From Bacteroidota bacterium (GTDB lineage: Bacteria; Bacteroidota; Bacteroidia; Bacteroidales; WCHB1-69): a stretch of 64,000 bases of DNA. The stretch is taken from positions 4,452-68,451 of the forward strand of contig JBAXTE010000009.1 in the NCBI GenBank assembly GCA_037130365.1, written 5' to 3'. The notes beneath the pieces were generated by a model. It made no database searches, was not told the DNA's origin, and was given only the letters and a program-made list of their open reading frames with translations. Of this stretch, positions 46,200 to 56,199 are shown one piece after another; within the stretch, counting starts at the first letter, position 1, and each line of letters begins with the position of its first letter. A program made the position numbers and the translations under genes.

Positions 46200-49010
46200 A
46201 TGAGAGATAAAGATTTTAACAATCAGTTTATACGAATCAAAGGAGCTAAAGTAAATAACCTAAAGAACATTGATGTCTCCATTCCCCGAAACAAATTAGT
46301 CGTAATCACGGGATTATCTGGTTCTGGAAAATCTTCATTAGCTTTTGACACACTATACGCCGAAGGTCAACGAAGATATGTAGAAAGTTTGAGCGCTTAT
46401 GCCCGTCAGTTTATGGGGAGAATGGCCAAACCGGAGGTAGATCTAATCGAAGGAATTCCTCCTGCAATTGCTATTGAGCAAAAATCTATCACCAAAAATC
46501 CTCGGTCAACAGTAGGAACTTCAACAGAGATTTATGAGTATATAAAACTGCTATATTCAAGAGTTGGCAAGACTTACTCTCCTATTAGCGGTGAAGTAGT
46601 TAAGCGAAATTCTGTTACCGAAGTCACTGATTTTGCATACCAGTTAACTGAAGATACTCGGATTTTTATATTTGCTCCATTAATTATTAAGTTAGAACGC
46701 TCACTCGAAGAACAATTTTCTATCTTATTGCAACAAGGATATAGTCGTATTTTGTACGAAGATTTGATTGAACCCATTAGCGAAGCTATCAAAAATCCAG
46801 AAAACTACACGTCATCTAAGTTATATGTCTTAGTAGATAGATTGAAAATTGAGCATAACTTAGAGTTAAGGAATCGGCTATCAGACTCTATTCAGAGTGC
46901 TTTTTTTGAAGGAAATGGCTCTTGTTTTATTAAAGTACAAACTAATGATTCGGATGAGAATTTTGAATTTAGCAATAGGTTTGAATTAGATGGTATTCTG
47001 TTTGAAGAACCAAGCATCAATATGTTCAGCTTTAACAATCCATTTGGTGCATGTCAACGATGTGAAGGTTATGGTCAAATAATTGGAATTGACGACGATT
47101 TGGTAATCCCTAATCGCAGTTTATCTGTTTTTGAAGATGCAATCGCCTGTTGGAAATTTGAAAGCACAAAAGAGTGGAAACAGCTTTTAATTGGAAATGC
47201 TCATAAGTTTGATTTTCCGATTCATCGTGCTATAGAAGACTTAACAGAACAAGAAGTCCAATTACTTTGGGATGGAAATAAGTATTTTAAGGGTATAAAC
47301 GCCTTTTTTTCTTACCTTGAAGAACATAATTATAAGATTCAGAATCGTGTGTTTATTTCCCGTTTTAGAGGTAAAACAATCTGTCCAGAGTGCAAAGGAA
47401 CTCGTTTACGTAAGGATGCCCAATATGTAAAGATTGCTGGAAAATCAATTACAGACATAGTGTTGATGCCGGTTGAAAATTCGTTGGAATTCTTTAAAAA
47501 CATAAATTTTGATTCTGAATCAGAAACGACAATATCAGCACGAATAATTATTGAAATTAAGAATAGATTACAATTTTTATCAGATGTTGGATTGGGATAT
47601 TTAACACTAAATCGTTTAACTAACAGTTTATCTGGCGGAGAATCTCAGCGTATTAATTTAGCTACTTCGCTTGGAAGTAGCTTGGTTGGCTCACTCTATA
47701 TTCTAGACGAGCCGAGTATAGGTTTGCACTCTCGCGATACCGAACGGTTGATAGGTGTTCTTAAACGACTTCGTGATATTGGAAATACGGTGGTTGTAGT
47801 AGAACATGATGAAGACATTATTAAATCTGCTGATTACATTATTGATATTGGCCCCAATTCGGGTAGACTTGGCGGTGAAGTTGTTTTTGCTGGAACTCCT
47901 CTTGAATTAAAGGATAGCGATTCGTACACTGCACAATATATGACCGGAAGAATGCATATTCCAGTTCCAAAAATTCGAAGAAATTGGCATAATTCAATAA
48001 TTGTTGAAGGTGCCAAGGAAAATAACTTGAAGAACATCAACGTAACAATCCCTTTGGAGATTTTTACAGTAATTACTGGAGTTAGTGGCTCCGGTAAGAC
48101 CACTTTAATCAAAAAGATTCTGTACACAGCCTTAAAACGACAATTGGGTGAAGGAATGACCGATAAACCTGGTAAACACAGTGGAATATCTGGTGATTTA
48201 ATGCGAATTTCAGCGATAGAACTCATTGATCAAAATCCCATTGGAAGATCCTCAAGATCAAACCCTGCTACTTACACAAAAACTTTTGATGATATTAGAC
48301 AACTGTTTGCAGATCAACCATTATCGAAAAATAGAGGATATAAAGCTGGTTTCTTTTCCTATAATGTACCAGGGGGAAGATGTGATGAATGCGAAGGCGA
48401 AGGAAAAGTGTATATCGAAATGCAGTTTATGGCCGATGTTGAAATTATTTGCGAAGAATGTCATGGCAAACGATATAAAGACGAAGCTTTAGAAGTCAAA
48501 TTCCAAGACAAAAACATCAGTGACATCTTAAATATGACTGTAAATCAGGCTATTGAATTTTTTGAAGTTCATATTAAACTAGGAACTGTTATAAAAAGAG
48601 TGGTAGAAAAATTACGTCCTTTGCAAGATGTTGGATTGGGTTATTTGATGCTTGGACAATCATCGAGCACGCTCTCTGGTGGCGAGGCACAGCGATTAAA
48701 GTTGGCTAGTTTCTTAGTAAAAGGAAGCAACACCTCTCCTACACTGTTTATTTTTGATGAACCTACCACAGGTTTGCATGTTCATGATATTCAGAAACTA
48801 TATACTTCTTTTGACCTTTTGATTGAAAAAGGACATACCGTTTTAGTGATTGAACACAATCCAGAAATTATCAAATGTGCCGACTGGATTATAGATTTAG
48901 GACCCGATGGTGGCGATAAAGGTGGATTAGTTGTATTTACAGGTACTCCAGAACAGTTAGGGTCATCATCAACTTCAATTACGGCCAAATATATTCAAAA
49001 TAAGCTATAA
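46200..49010 (+). CDS. uvrA: Excinuclease ABC subunit A
   Basis: 936 aa with two ABC ATPase modules ([18 protein letters not shown]), LSGGE signatures and CxxC zinc modules. Confidence 0.97.
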   Translation: MRDKDFNNQFIRIKGAKVNNLKNIDVSIPRNKLVVITGLSGSGKSSLAFDTLYAEGQRRYVESLSAYARQFMGRMAKPEVDLIEGIPPAIAIEQKSITKNPRSTVGTSTEIYEYIKLLYSRVGKTYSPISGEVVKRNSVTEVTDFAYQLTEDTRIFIFAPLIIKLERSLEEQFSILLQQGYSRILYEDLIEPISEAIKNPENYTSSKLYVLVDRLKIEHNLELRNRLSDSIQSAFFEGNGSCFIKVQTNDSDENFEFSNRFELDGILFEEPSINMFSFNNPFGACQRCEGYGQIIGIDDDLVIPNRSLSVFEDAIACWKFESTKEWKQLLIGNAHKFDFPIHRAIEDLTEQEVQLLWDGNKYFKGINAFFSYLEEHNYKIQNRVFISRFRGKTICPECKGTRLRKDAQYVKIAGKSITDIVLMPVENSLEFFKNINFDSESETTISARIIIEIKNRLQFLSDVGLGYLTLNRLTNSLSGGESQRINLATSLGSSLVGSLYILDEPSIGLHSRDTERLIGVLKRLRDIGNTVVVVEHDEDIIKSADYIIDIGPNSGRLGGEVVFAGTPLELKDSDSYTAQYMTGRMHIPVPKIRRNWHNSIIVEGAKENNLKNINVTIPLEIFTVITGVSGSGKTTLIKKILYTALKRQLGEGMTDKPGKHSGISGDLMRISAIELIDQNPIGRSSRSNPATYTKTFDDIRQLFADQPLSKNRGYKAGFFSYNVPGGRCDECEGEGKVYIEMQFMADVEIICEECHGKRYKDEALEVKFQDKNISDILNMTVNQAIEFFEVHIKLGTVIKRVVEKLRPLQDVGLGYLMLGQSSSTLSGGEAQRLKLASFLVKGSNTSPTLFIFDEPTTGLHVHDIQKLYTSFDLLIEKGHTVLVIEHNPEIIKCADWIIDLGPDGGDKGGLVVFTGTPEQLGSSSTSITAKYIQNKL

Positions 49011-49047
49011 AATGACTACTTTTGCATTTTAATAAACAACAGCATTA

Positions 49048-50223
49048 ATGGGAAAACAAATAATGAGATTACTTGCTAAAACAATGGCAGGTTTAGAAGG
49101 TGTACTAGCAGAAGAATTGGAAGAAATTGGTGCTTTAAAAGTTGAAAAACTAATCAGAGCTGTTCGTTTTGAAGGTGATTTAGCCATGATGTATAAGGCA
49201 AATTATTGCTGTAGAACTGCGCTGAACATACTCGTAGAGCAATTTTCGTTTAATTTTACCTCGCAAGATGACTTTTACGACAGTATTTATAATTATAATT
49301 GGGATCCACTTTTTGAGCATGACACCACTTTTTTGGTTGATGCAACCATTTCGGGCGATGTTTTTACAAATTCGCACTATACTGCCCTTTTATGTAAAGA
49401 TGCCATTGTAGATTACTTTAGAAGAAAATATAATCAACGCCCTTCTGTTGATCGTTTTGATCCACATTTAAAAATAAATGTTTACATCAGAAATAATGAA
49501 TGTACTATTTTACTAGACAGTTCAGGGGAATCGTTATTTAAACGAGGATATAGAATTGCCACTGGTGAAGCACCAATTAAGGAAGTATTAGCCGCTGGAA
49601 TCATCAAATTGGCAGGTTGGAATGGTCAAAGTAATTTTTATGCCCCTATGTGCGGTTCAGGAACTTTTGCTGTGGAAGCAGGAATGATTGCGTCTAAAAT
49701 TCCAGCAGGATATTACCGTGAACAATTTGGGTTTATGTATTGGCCAAATTACAATGAATTGCTATGGAATAAGATTAAAGATGAAGCCGACATGGAAATC
49801 ACGGAAACGGAAATTGAAATTCATGCTTCTGATATAGATCCAAAAATGGTTAAATTCACCTATAGAAATGCTCAAAAAGCCAAATTACATAAGGATATCA
49901 CTATTACGGAATCATCTTTTGAAGATTTTGACTTCCCAAAAGAAGGAGGAATCATTATCTTTAACCCTCCTTATGGCGAACGAATGGAGTTGTCGGATGT
50001 TGAAGAAAGCTACAAATTAATTGGCGATACCCTTAAAAAGAATTGCGCCAATTATGAAGTATATATGATTGCTGGTGGGACATTGGTTCATAAATATGTA
50101 GGATTGAAACCTTCAAAAAAATTAACTCTTTTTAATGGAGCTATAGAATGTCAAATGTTGAAATATGATATGTATGAAGGCTCTAAAAAAGAGGATTATA
50201 ACGAAAATATTGTACAAAATTAA
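49048..50223 (+). CDS. THUMP-domain class I SAM-dependent RNA methyltransferase (RlmL/UPF0020-like)
   Basis: 391 aa with SAM motif I (PMCGSGTFAVEA) and the catalytic NPPYGERM motif. Confidence 0.85.
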   Translation: MGKQIMRLLAKTMAGLEGVLAEELEEIGALKVEKLIRAVRFEGDLAMMYKANYCCRTALNILVEQFSFNFTSQDDFYDSIYNYNWDPLFEHDTTFLVDATISGDVFTNSHYTALLCKDAIVDYFRRKYNQRPSVDRFDPHLKINVYIRNNECTILLDSSGESLFKRGYRIATGEAPIKEVLAAGIIKLAGWNGQSNFYAPMCGSGTFAVEAGMIASKIPAGYYREQFGFMYWPNYNELLWNKIKDEADMEITETEIEIHASDIDPKMVKFTYRNAQKAKLHKDITITESSFEDFDFPKEGGIIIFNPPYGERMELSDVEESYKLIGDTLKKNCANYEVYMIAGGTLVHKYVGLKPSKKLTLFNGAIECQMLKYDMYEGSKKEDYNENIVQN

Positions 50224-50225
50224 TC

Positions 50226-50585
50226 ATGGTTATGGCAGAATCACCAATAATTATTGACAAGAAATTAATTGCTAAATGTGGTCTGTATTGTGGCTCTTGT
50301 GGAAAATATATTGCTGGAAAATGTCCTGGTTGTAGTGAAAATACAAAAGCTACTTGGTGTAAAATTCGGAGTTGCTGCATCGATTTGAATATTAATTCAT
50401 GTGCTGATTGCACAACTATTAAGGCCTCAGAATGCAAAAAGCGAAATAATGTGATTTCTAAAATTTTCTCGTTGATTTATAAATCAGATAGAAATGCATG
50501 CATTGAACGTATTCAAAAAGTTGGATATCAAGAATATGCACGTGAAATGAGCGAACAACGAATCCCGAGCATTAAACGAAAATAA
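50226..50585 (+). CDS. Cys-rich DUF3795-like protein
   Basis: 119 aa with CGLYCGSCGKY...CPGC...WCKIRSCC...CADC. Confidence 0.65.
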   Translation: MVMAESPIIIDKKLIAKCGLYCGSCGKYIAGKCPGCSENTKATWCKIRSCCIDLNINSCADCTTIKASECKKRNNVISKIFSLIYKSDRNACIERIQKVGYQEYAREMSEQRIPSIKRK

Positions 50586-50594
50586 ATAATAAGA

Positions 50595-51695
50595 ATGTCA
50601 ACCTGTTTATCGATAACCTCAATTTTAGCTAAAGCGTTAAATTTAGAGCCAATTACTGCTGATGAGGGCGTATTGCTATACACTAAAGCTTCTCTTTCTG
50701 AATTGATGTTTGTTGCCAATGAGTTGCGAAAGAAATGGCATCCAAACCAAGAAGTAACTTGGATTATCGATCGAAATGTGAACATTACAAATGTGTGCTC
50801 ATCAGGTTGTTTATTTTGCAATTTTCATTGTTCAAGCAAATCAGAAAAAGCATATATTACAACAATTGAAGAGTATGACCAAAAAATTGCGACTCTTTTT
50901 GAACTTGGCGGAGATCAGATATTGTTGCAAGGAGGAATGCATCCAGATTTAGGATTATCCTTTTATGAAGATTTATTTCGAGAACTCAAAAAAAGACATC
51001 CCAAATTAAAACTTCATGCACTTGGACCTCCAGAAATTGTCTATTTATCTAAAAAAGCTGGAATTTCGTATCGGGAAACATTAGTAAGATTAATTGCAGC
51101 AGGATTAGATTCATTGCCTGGCGCTGGCGCAGAAATACTGGTTGATGATGTTCGAAGTAAAATTTCGAGAAATAAATGTTCTAGTCAAGAATGGTTGGAT
51201 GCCATGCATGAGGCACATAAACTCAACTTAACAACTTCTGCAACCATGATGTTGGGACATATTGAAACTGAAACCCAGCGAATAGAGCATTTGATTAAAA
51301 TAAGGGAGTTGCAAGACAAAAAACCAATTGGCACAAAAGGATTTCTCTCGTTTATACCATGGCCATTTCAGGGAGAAAACACGGCATTAGTGAAAAAATA
51401 TCGCAACCTTGCTCCCATTTCTTCTACCGATTATATTCGATTTATTGCAATCGCTCGGATTGTGCTAAACAATATTCCAAATATTCAAGCATCATGGCTT
51501 ACAGTGGGGACAGAAACAGCACAAGTTTGTCTTCATTCAGGTGCAAATGATTTGGGCTCAATTATGATAGAAGAGAATGTGGTCTCTGCTGCTGGAGCAA
51601 ATCACAAACTAGATGCAGGCTTGATGCAGCTTAAGATTCGGCAAGCTGGGTTTGAACCAATTCGAAGAAATCAGCATTTTGATAAACTTCAATAA
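50595..51695 (+). CDS. Radical SAM enzyme of the CofH/MqnC/MqnE family (futalosine-pathway type)
   Basis: 366 aa with the CxxxCxxC cluster CSSGCLFC in the context NVNITNVC. The overall length and C-terminal pattern are typical of MqnC/MqnE. I cannot decide which of the two it is. Confidence 0.7.
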   Translation: MSTCLSITSILAKALNLEPITADEGVLLYTKASLSELMFVANELRKKWHPNQEVTWIIDRNVNITNVCSSGCLFCNFHCSSKSEKAYITTIEEYDQKIATLFELGGDQILLQGGMHPDLGLSFYEDLFRELKKRHPKLKLHALGPPEIVYLSKKAGISYRETLVRLIAAGLDSLPGAGAEILVDDVRSKISRNKCSSQEWLDAMHEAHKLNLTTSATMMLGHIETETQRIEHLIKIRELQDKKPIGTKGFLSFIPWPFQGENTALVKKYRNLAPISSTDYIRFIAIARIVLNNIPNIQASWLTVGTETAQVCLHSGANDLGSIMIEENVVSAAGANHKLDAGLMQLKIRQAGFEPIRRNQHFDKLQ

Positions 51696-51768
51696 TAATT
51701 TCTAGGTAATAAGTTGATAAAGCAAAGAAATTGACTAAAATTTATTTTAGAAAAATGGAAAAAAGTTA

Positions 51769-51776
51769 TATCTTTG
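51769..51776 (+). promoter_or_regulatory. -7 promoter box (TATCTTTG) for the tRNA-Leu pair
   Basis: Matches TAnnTTTG and ends 12 nt before tRNA-Leu(GAG). Confidence 0.55.
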
Positions 51777-51788
51777 CATCTCATTAAA

Positions 51789-51872
51789 GCCCAGGTGGTG
51801 AAATTGGCAGACACGCTACTTTGAGGGGGTAGTATCCGTAAGGATGTGCAAGTTCGACTCTTGTTCTGGGCA
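51789..51872 (+). tRNA. tRNA-Leu (anticodon GAG)
   Basis: Class II cloverleaf folded by hand. The acceptor stem is GCCCAGG/TCTGGGC, and the anticodon stem CTACT/GGTAG carries the loop TTGAGGG. The long variable arm is ATCC-GTAA-GGAT and the T arm is GCAAG-TTCGACT-CTTGT. Confidence 0.9.
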
Positions 51873-51902
51873 CTTTTCTGAAATAATTATCAATAAATCT
51901 TA

Positions 51903-51986
51903 GCCCAAGTGGTGGAATTGGTAGACACGCTACATTCAGGGTGTAGTATCCTTAAGGATGTGCAAGTTCGAGTCTTGTTTTGGGTA
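51903..51986 (+). tRNA. tRNA-Leu (anticodon CAG)
   Basis: Same architecture as the neighbouring tRNA-Leu. The anticodon stem CTACA/TGTAG carries the loop TTCAGGG, and a long variable arm is present. Confidence 0.9.
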
Positions 51987-52007
51987 CATTTTATTTTTTA
52001 TAGATTT

Positions 52008-54656
52008 TTGAAAATAGTATTCACAACCACCTTTTGCTTAATTCTAAATTTTTCATTTTCTCAACAAATTATCATTCAAGATACAACTTGTAATTATGAG
52101 TATTTAGTCTCTAAATCAGCAACTAACAGTCTGTATCTCACACAGTTTTTAAACCAATATTCGAAAGACACGAAGGTTGGTGATCCTTATTTTAGATATA
52201 AAATTGGAGTTAATATATCAATAACTAGAAAAGACAATCATCAAATTCAGGTATTTTGTTCTGTGATTAAAGAATCTGTGCAAGGAAATACTGAATATAA
52301 TGGATTCGATTTTTCTGCGGCGCTTTTCCCAAATAGATTTGCTGCCAAAATTAACCTACAAATTAATGGAAAGCAATATCAATATCCAATTGAAGGTCAA
52401 ATTCTGAATAAACAAACAATTTTTCCTCCAATATTAATTAATGATTCTACTTCAAATAGTCTTAAATCACAATTGGTAGACGTAAGAACTTCATTTGATG
52501 CGAGTTGGCATCAAGAGACGCAAATTCAGATGCAAGCTGTGGATTTGTATCAAAAAGCAGATTCTTTAATTCTAAGTTGGGATAGTGCTATTCAGTATAT
52601 TAATTTAGAAAAAACTGAACTAATTCCCCTACTCGATTTTGAACTTGATGAGATAATTATGAATATTCATCAATTCAATGATTTGAATTTAGTAAACCGT
52701 CTTAACTTGGCTAAAAATGATCCAAAGGAAATTGCTAAAAAAATAACTGAAATAAACATTAAGGCTTCACAAAAGCAAGTGATGTTGAATAATTATTTAA
52801 TGAATATTGATCAGCAATTTATTTTGGAAGCTCGAAAAAATAAAGATAATGGCAATATTTTGAAATCTATCCATTTATACAACAAGGCTTTATCATATCA
52901 TGCATTCAATATTACAGCATTAAATGAATTGGCAAAGCTTTATTATGAAATTGGGAATTTGGAATCTTCTGGGGAATTAATTAAAACTATCTTTTCCAAG
53001 ACATACCCAGATGATTTTCAATATTTAAAATGTAAAGAAACGGGCGATTTACTCTATAAAAAAATTGTAAATCAAGGGAATGATATGTTGGTTGCTCAGA
53101 ATTATGGTGAAGCGTTGAAAATATTTGAAAAAGCATATATATTTTGTGATAGTATAAATGAACCGATTTGTAATAGCGCTCACGAAAAAGGGGTAATTGC
53201 TGCAAAAACAGGAATATACAACTCCTATTTAACTGTGATTAGCAAAGCGTTGCAGAACAATATGATTGATATGGCCGAGAATTATATTCGAGAAGCTAGT
53301 AAATATCAAAAGTTGAACAAAAAGGAAATTCCTAATGATTTTGAAATTCAGGATAAAGTCAATATTATTGTTTCAAGGAATGTGGAGAAAAGCAATACAT
53401 TTCTTGTTTCGAAGCAATATTTAAAAGCATTAACATACTTAGAAAAAGCAGATAGTATTGGTCGATCGTATCGTGAAAATTTTACGTTAGCGTGTTTAAC
53501 AGATCAACGATTTAAGGCAGCTAAAGGGGGCTTTGAAGAATATATTAGCATCATAAACAAATATACCGAACAGAATGATAGGTATTTAGCTCAGCAATAT
53601 TTAGAAAAAGCAATTGATTTTCGGAGTAAATATCACGACTATATAATTGACACGACATTGTTAACGAGTGCAGTTAAGAATATTAAAATGCTTGATTATA
53701 AGAATGCAATTCAAGTTGGCAATCAATTGTATAACATGAGTTTATTTCAAAATGCATTGGATAAGTATATAGATGCCAAACAATTGCAAGTACAATATCA
53801 CTTAGAATTGGGCCAGAATATTGATAGTTTAGTTTTTCGATTAAGTCGGCCTTTGATGCTTGATTACTTGTCTTCAACGCGACAAAAGATATGGGGAAAT
53901 GATTTTTCGGGTGCAAATTCATTATTGTTAAAAGCAGATTCATTAGCTAAAAATGCAAATTTAATTAATGATTCTTTAGTGAAAAATGAAATAAAAACTA
54001 CTAAAGCATTACTTGAAATACAACAATGTATTTATCTGACTAACAAGAACAATTATTTTTTATCAAAATTTAATTTTGCGAAACTTTCAAAAAATTATTT
54101 GAGTGCCACACAATGCATTGATTCAATGAATGTAATAGCAGAAATGGCACCTCAATGTGCGATTTCTAGCCAAATTTCGAAGAAGGAAATTGAGAATATT
54201 AGAAATGCTAATAACTACCAATTAATGGTTAATGATTCTCGCTATTTAGCAACTATTAATCAAGTAAATCAAGCACTTGAACTATTTTTTAAGGCGGATT
54301 CTGTGTTTGAGAAAAGCAATCTTCAATCATTCTCAATTAATCGGGATTCGCTCCCAAATGTTTTTCTATTTACTTCAAATAATTTATCATTACTTGAGGC
54401 TTGTAAATGGCTTTCATCTAATAGAAAATTCAAAGAAGGTGTATCGATATTAAAATTAATGAAGCAAAAAGGAATGTTGTCGAAAGAGACAAAATCCTAT
54501 CAAATCATATTTGCTAAAGAATTATATAAAATTGATTTTGTAAAATATCCTTCTATTACAAAAAAAGAGCTACTGAAGCAATATCAAGTGGATGGATCTT
54601 GGTTCTATTTTTTTAGAAAAAGTTATCTTAAAAACCCGATTACATCATTATTCTAG
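52008..54656 (+). CDS. Large secreted protein with TPR-like helical repeats
   Basis: The track ORF starts inside tRNA-Leu(CAG). The TTG at 52008 gives a plausible signal peptide ((M)KIVFTTTFCLILNFSFSQQ). The body is helical-repeat-like. Confidence 0.65.
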   Translation: MKIVFTTTFCLILNFSFSQQIIIQDTTCNYEYLVSKSATNSLYLTQFLNQYSKDTKVGDPYFRYKIGVNISITRKDNHQIQVFCSVIKESVQGNTEYNGFDFSAALFPNRFAAKINLQINGKQYQYPIEGQILNKQTIFPPILINDSTSNSLKSQLVDVRTSFDASWHQETQIQMQAVDLYQKADSLILSWDSAIQYINLEKTELIPLLDFELDEIIMNIHQFNDLNLVNRLNLAKNDPKEIAKKITEINIKASQKQVMLNNYLMNIDQQFILEARKNKDNGNILKSIHLYNKALSYHAFNITALNELAKLYYEIGNLESSGELIKTIFSKTYPDDFQYLKCKETGDLLYKKIVNQGNDMLVAQNYGEALKIFEKAYIFCDSINEPICNSAHEKGVIAAKTGIYNSYLTVISKALQNNMIDMAENYIREASKYQKLNKKEIPNDFEIQDKVNIIVSRNVEKSNTFLVSKQYLKALTYLEKADSIGRSYRENFTLACLTDQRFKAAKGGFEEYISIINKYTEQNDRYLAQQYLEKAIDFRSKYHDYIIDTTLLTSAVKNIKMLDYKNAIQVGNQLYNMSLFQNALDKYIDAKQLQVQYHLELGQNIDSLVFRLSRPLMLDYLSSTRQKIWGNDFSGANSLLLKADSLAKNANLINDSLVKNEIKTTKALLEIQQCIYLTNKNNYFLSKFNFAKLSKNYLSATQCIDSMNVIAEMAPQCAISSQISKKEIENIRNANNYQLMVNDSRYLATINQVNQALELFFKADSVFEKSNLQSFSINRDSLPNVFLFTSNNLSLLEACKWLSSNRKFKEGVSILKLMKQKGMLSKETKSYQIIFAKELYKIDFVKYPSITKKELLKQYQVDGSWFYFFRKSYLKNPITSLF

Positions 54657-54690
54657 GAGTTTCAAATGGGTTACTAAAGATGAATTTGTT

Positions 54691-56043
54691 TTAGTGGATA
54701 ACAGATTTATATATAATTTTTTTCTCAATATTTAATCCAAATCGAGTTGCTTTTTTGGAGAAATTATAAATTCGCTTTTTATCGATAATAAGGCTAAACA
54801 TCACTCCTAAAAATGGGAGTGCGATGGACTTATATCTAACAATTGCTCCTAATATTGGAGTCGTAATTCCAGTAAGTAGGAACACTCCTATCACAAACCA
54901 TAACGATAGATGGAATACCATTTTTTGTGAACGATTTAGTTTCGCAGGAAATGCAAAAGAAAATCCCAAAAGTATGATAAAACAAATATTTTCAATGATG
55001 GCAGGAATCATCATCGGGGAATTATCTAATCCAATAATTGGGCGAAAAAATGTGTTTACTATTGCCATAGGTAGCTGTTGAATAAAGCTTAACCAATCGG
55101 GAGTTAGTTGATTATTAGAGATTAAACTTCCTGTAGGTTGACTATTTGCTAACGCAATAAAATCATGTTGCTTATTGGCTAAAACTGCCAATATATCAAT
55201 ATTTGCTAAAATCTTTAGAGAAATATAACTCACAAGACTAGTGAAAAACAAAACAGTAAAAAACGCAATTCCAATATTATTTTTCGAATATTGTTTCAGT
55301 GATTTAAAAATTATCACCAGCGGAAATATCAAAAGGAAAATATAAATTTTGGTGTACAAAAGCAGTAAAATTGATCCAAAAATAACCAATGAGTTCCAAA
55401 AATTAAATCGTTCGAAGAAGTTGTTACTGTAATGCAAGAACAGTCCTAATGCGAAGAAAATCAATCCTTCTTTTAATACTCCCGAACCCCAGAATAGAAC
55501 CGATGGAATATAAAATAGTGAAACAAAAATTCCAAATTTACATTTTGGGGCATGAGCGATAAAGAATTTCATCAAAGCAGTGAGTCCGATAAATGATAAA
55601 AAACAAATAAATACTGTGTGAACATTGTAATATCCAAACGAAAAAAGCATCACAAATGCATTAAATCTAATGATTAAATGGCTGTCGCTGAATATATTAG
55701 AATCATAAATTCGAAACCAATTATTCATATGCTCATAATAGTTTGTCGAAAAATATGACGAGTCGTTATGGATTCCTAACAGCATTTGAATATAATCTAA
55801 AGGCTTTGTAAAAATGGCATTAGCCATAACTTTGCTATCATCAAAATACTTAAAGATATCTGCAGTTGCCCGATCGGTATAGTAGTAAGTATAAACAAGA
55901 TAGAGCAATATACCAAAAGCAACTTTAAGTAGAAAAGCAAATCTAAGCGCTTCACTTCGAATTCCTTCAATTCTAAAAAAAGAGTGATTCCTAATAATAA
56001 TTAGAAACAATATGGTATACATTACGGTAAGAAATATTTCCAT
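54691..56043 (-). CDS. Polytopic integral membrane protein, function unknown
   Basis: 450 aa, hydrophobic nearly throughout (more than 10 helices). It could be a glycosyltransferase/polymerase-type protein, but I recognise no motif. Confidence 0.6.
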   Translation of the reverse strand: MEIFLTVMYTILFLIIIRNHSFFRIEGIRSEALRFAFLLKVAFGILLYLVYTYYYTDRATADIFKYFDDSKVMANAIFTKPLDYIQMLLGIHNDSSYFSTNYYEHMNNWFRIYDSNIFSDSHLIIRFNAFVMLFSFGYYNVHTVFICFLSFIGLTALMKFFIAHAPKCKFGIFVSLFYIPSVLFWGSGVLKEGLIFFALGLFLHYSNNFFERFNFWNSLVIFGSILLLLYTKIYIFLLIFPLVIIFKSLKQYSKNNIGIAFFTVLFFTSLVSYISLKILANIDILAVLANKQHDFIALANSQPTGSLISNNQLTPDWLSFIQQLPMAIVNTFFRPIIGLDNSPMMIPAIIENICFIILLGFSFAFPAKLNRSQKMVFHLSLWFVIGVFLLTGITTPILGAIVRYKSIALPFLGVMFSLIIDKKRIYNFSKKATRFGLNIEKKIIYKSVIH

Positions 56044-56199
56044 ATAAAATGTAGTATTATGATGCTAAGTTACATTATTTTGTTCATTTATCAATTTTTC
56101 CATTGTTTCTATTCTAAAGTTTCATAATTTTGTAAATGAACGTCAATATCTGAAATCGCTGTGAATCTCTTGATTCCTTATGTTGAAAAATAAGAAGTA

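Noticed and set aside
50183-50821. Minus-strand track ORFs 50183..50437 and 50528..50821.
   Set aside because: They are antisense to the Cys-rich DUF3795-like gene and to the start of the radical-SAM gene, both of which have clear motifs, so they are shadow ORFs.
51909-52007. The N-terminal 33 codons of the track ORF 51909..54656 (MVELVDTLHSGCSILKDVQVRVLF...).
   Set aside because: This stretch is simply the translation of tRNA-Leu(CAG) at 51903-51986. The CDS is re-started at the TTG at 52008, which yields a signal-peptide-like N-terminus.
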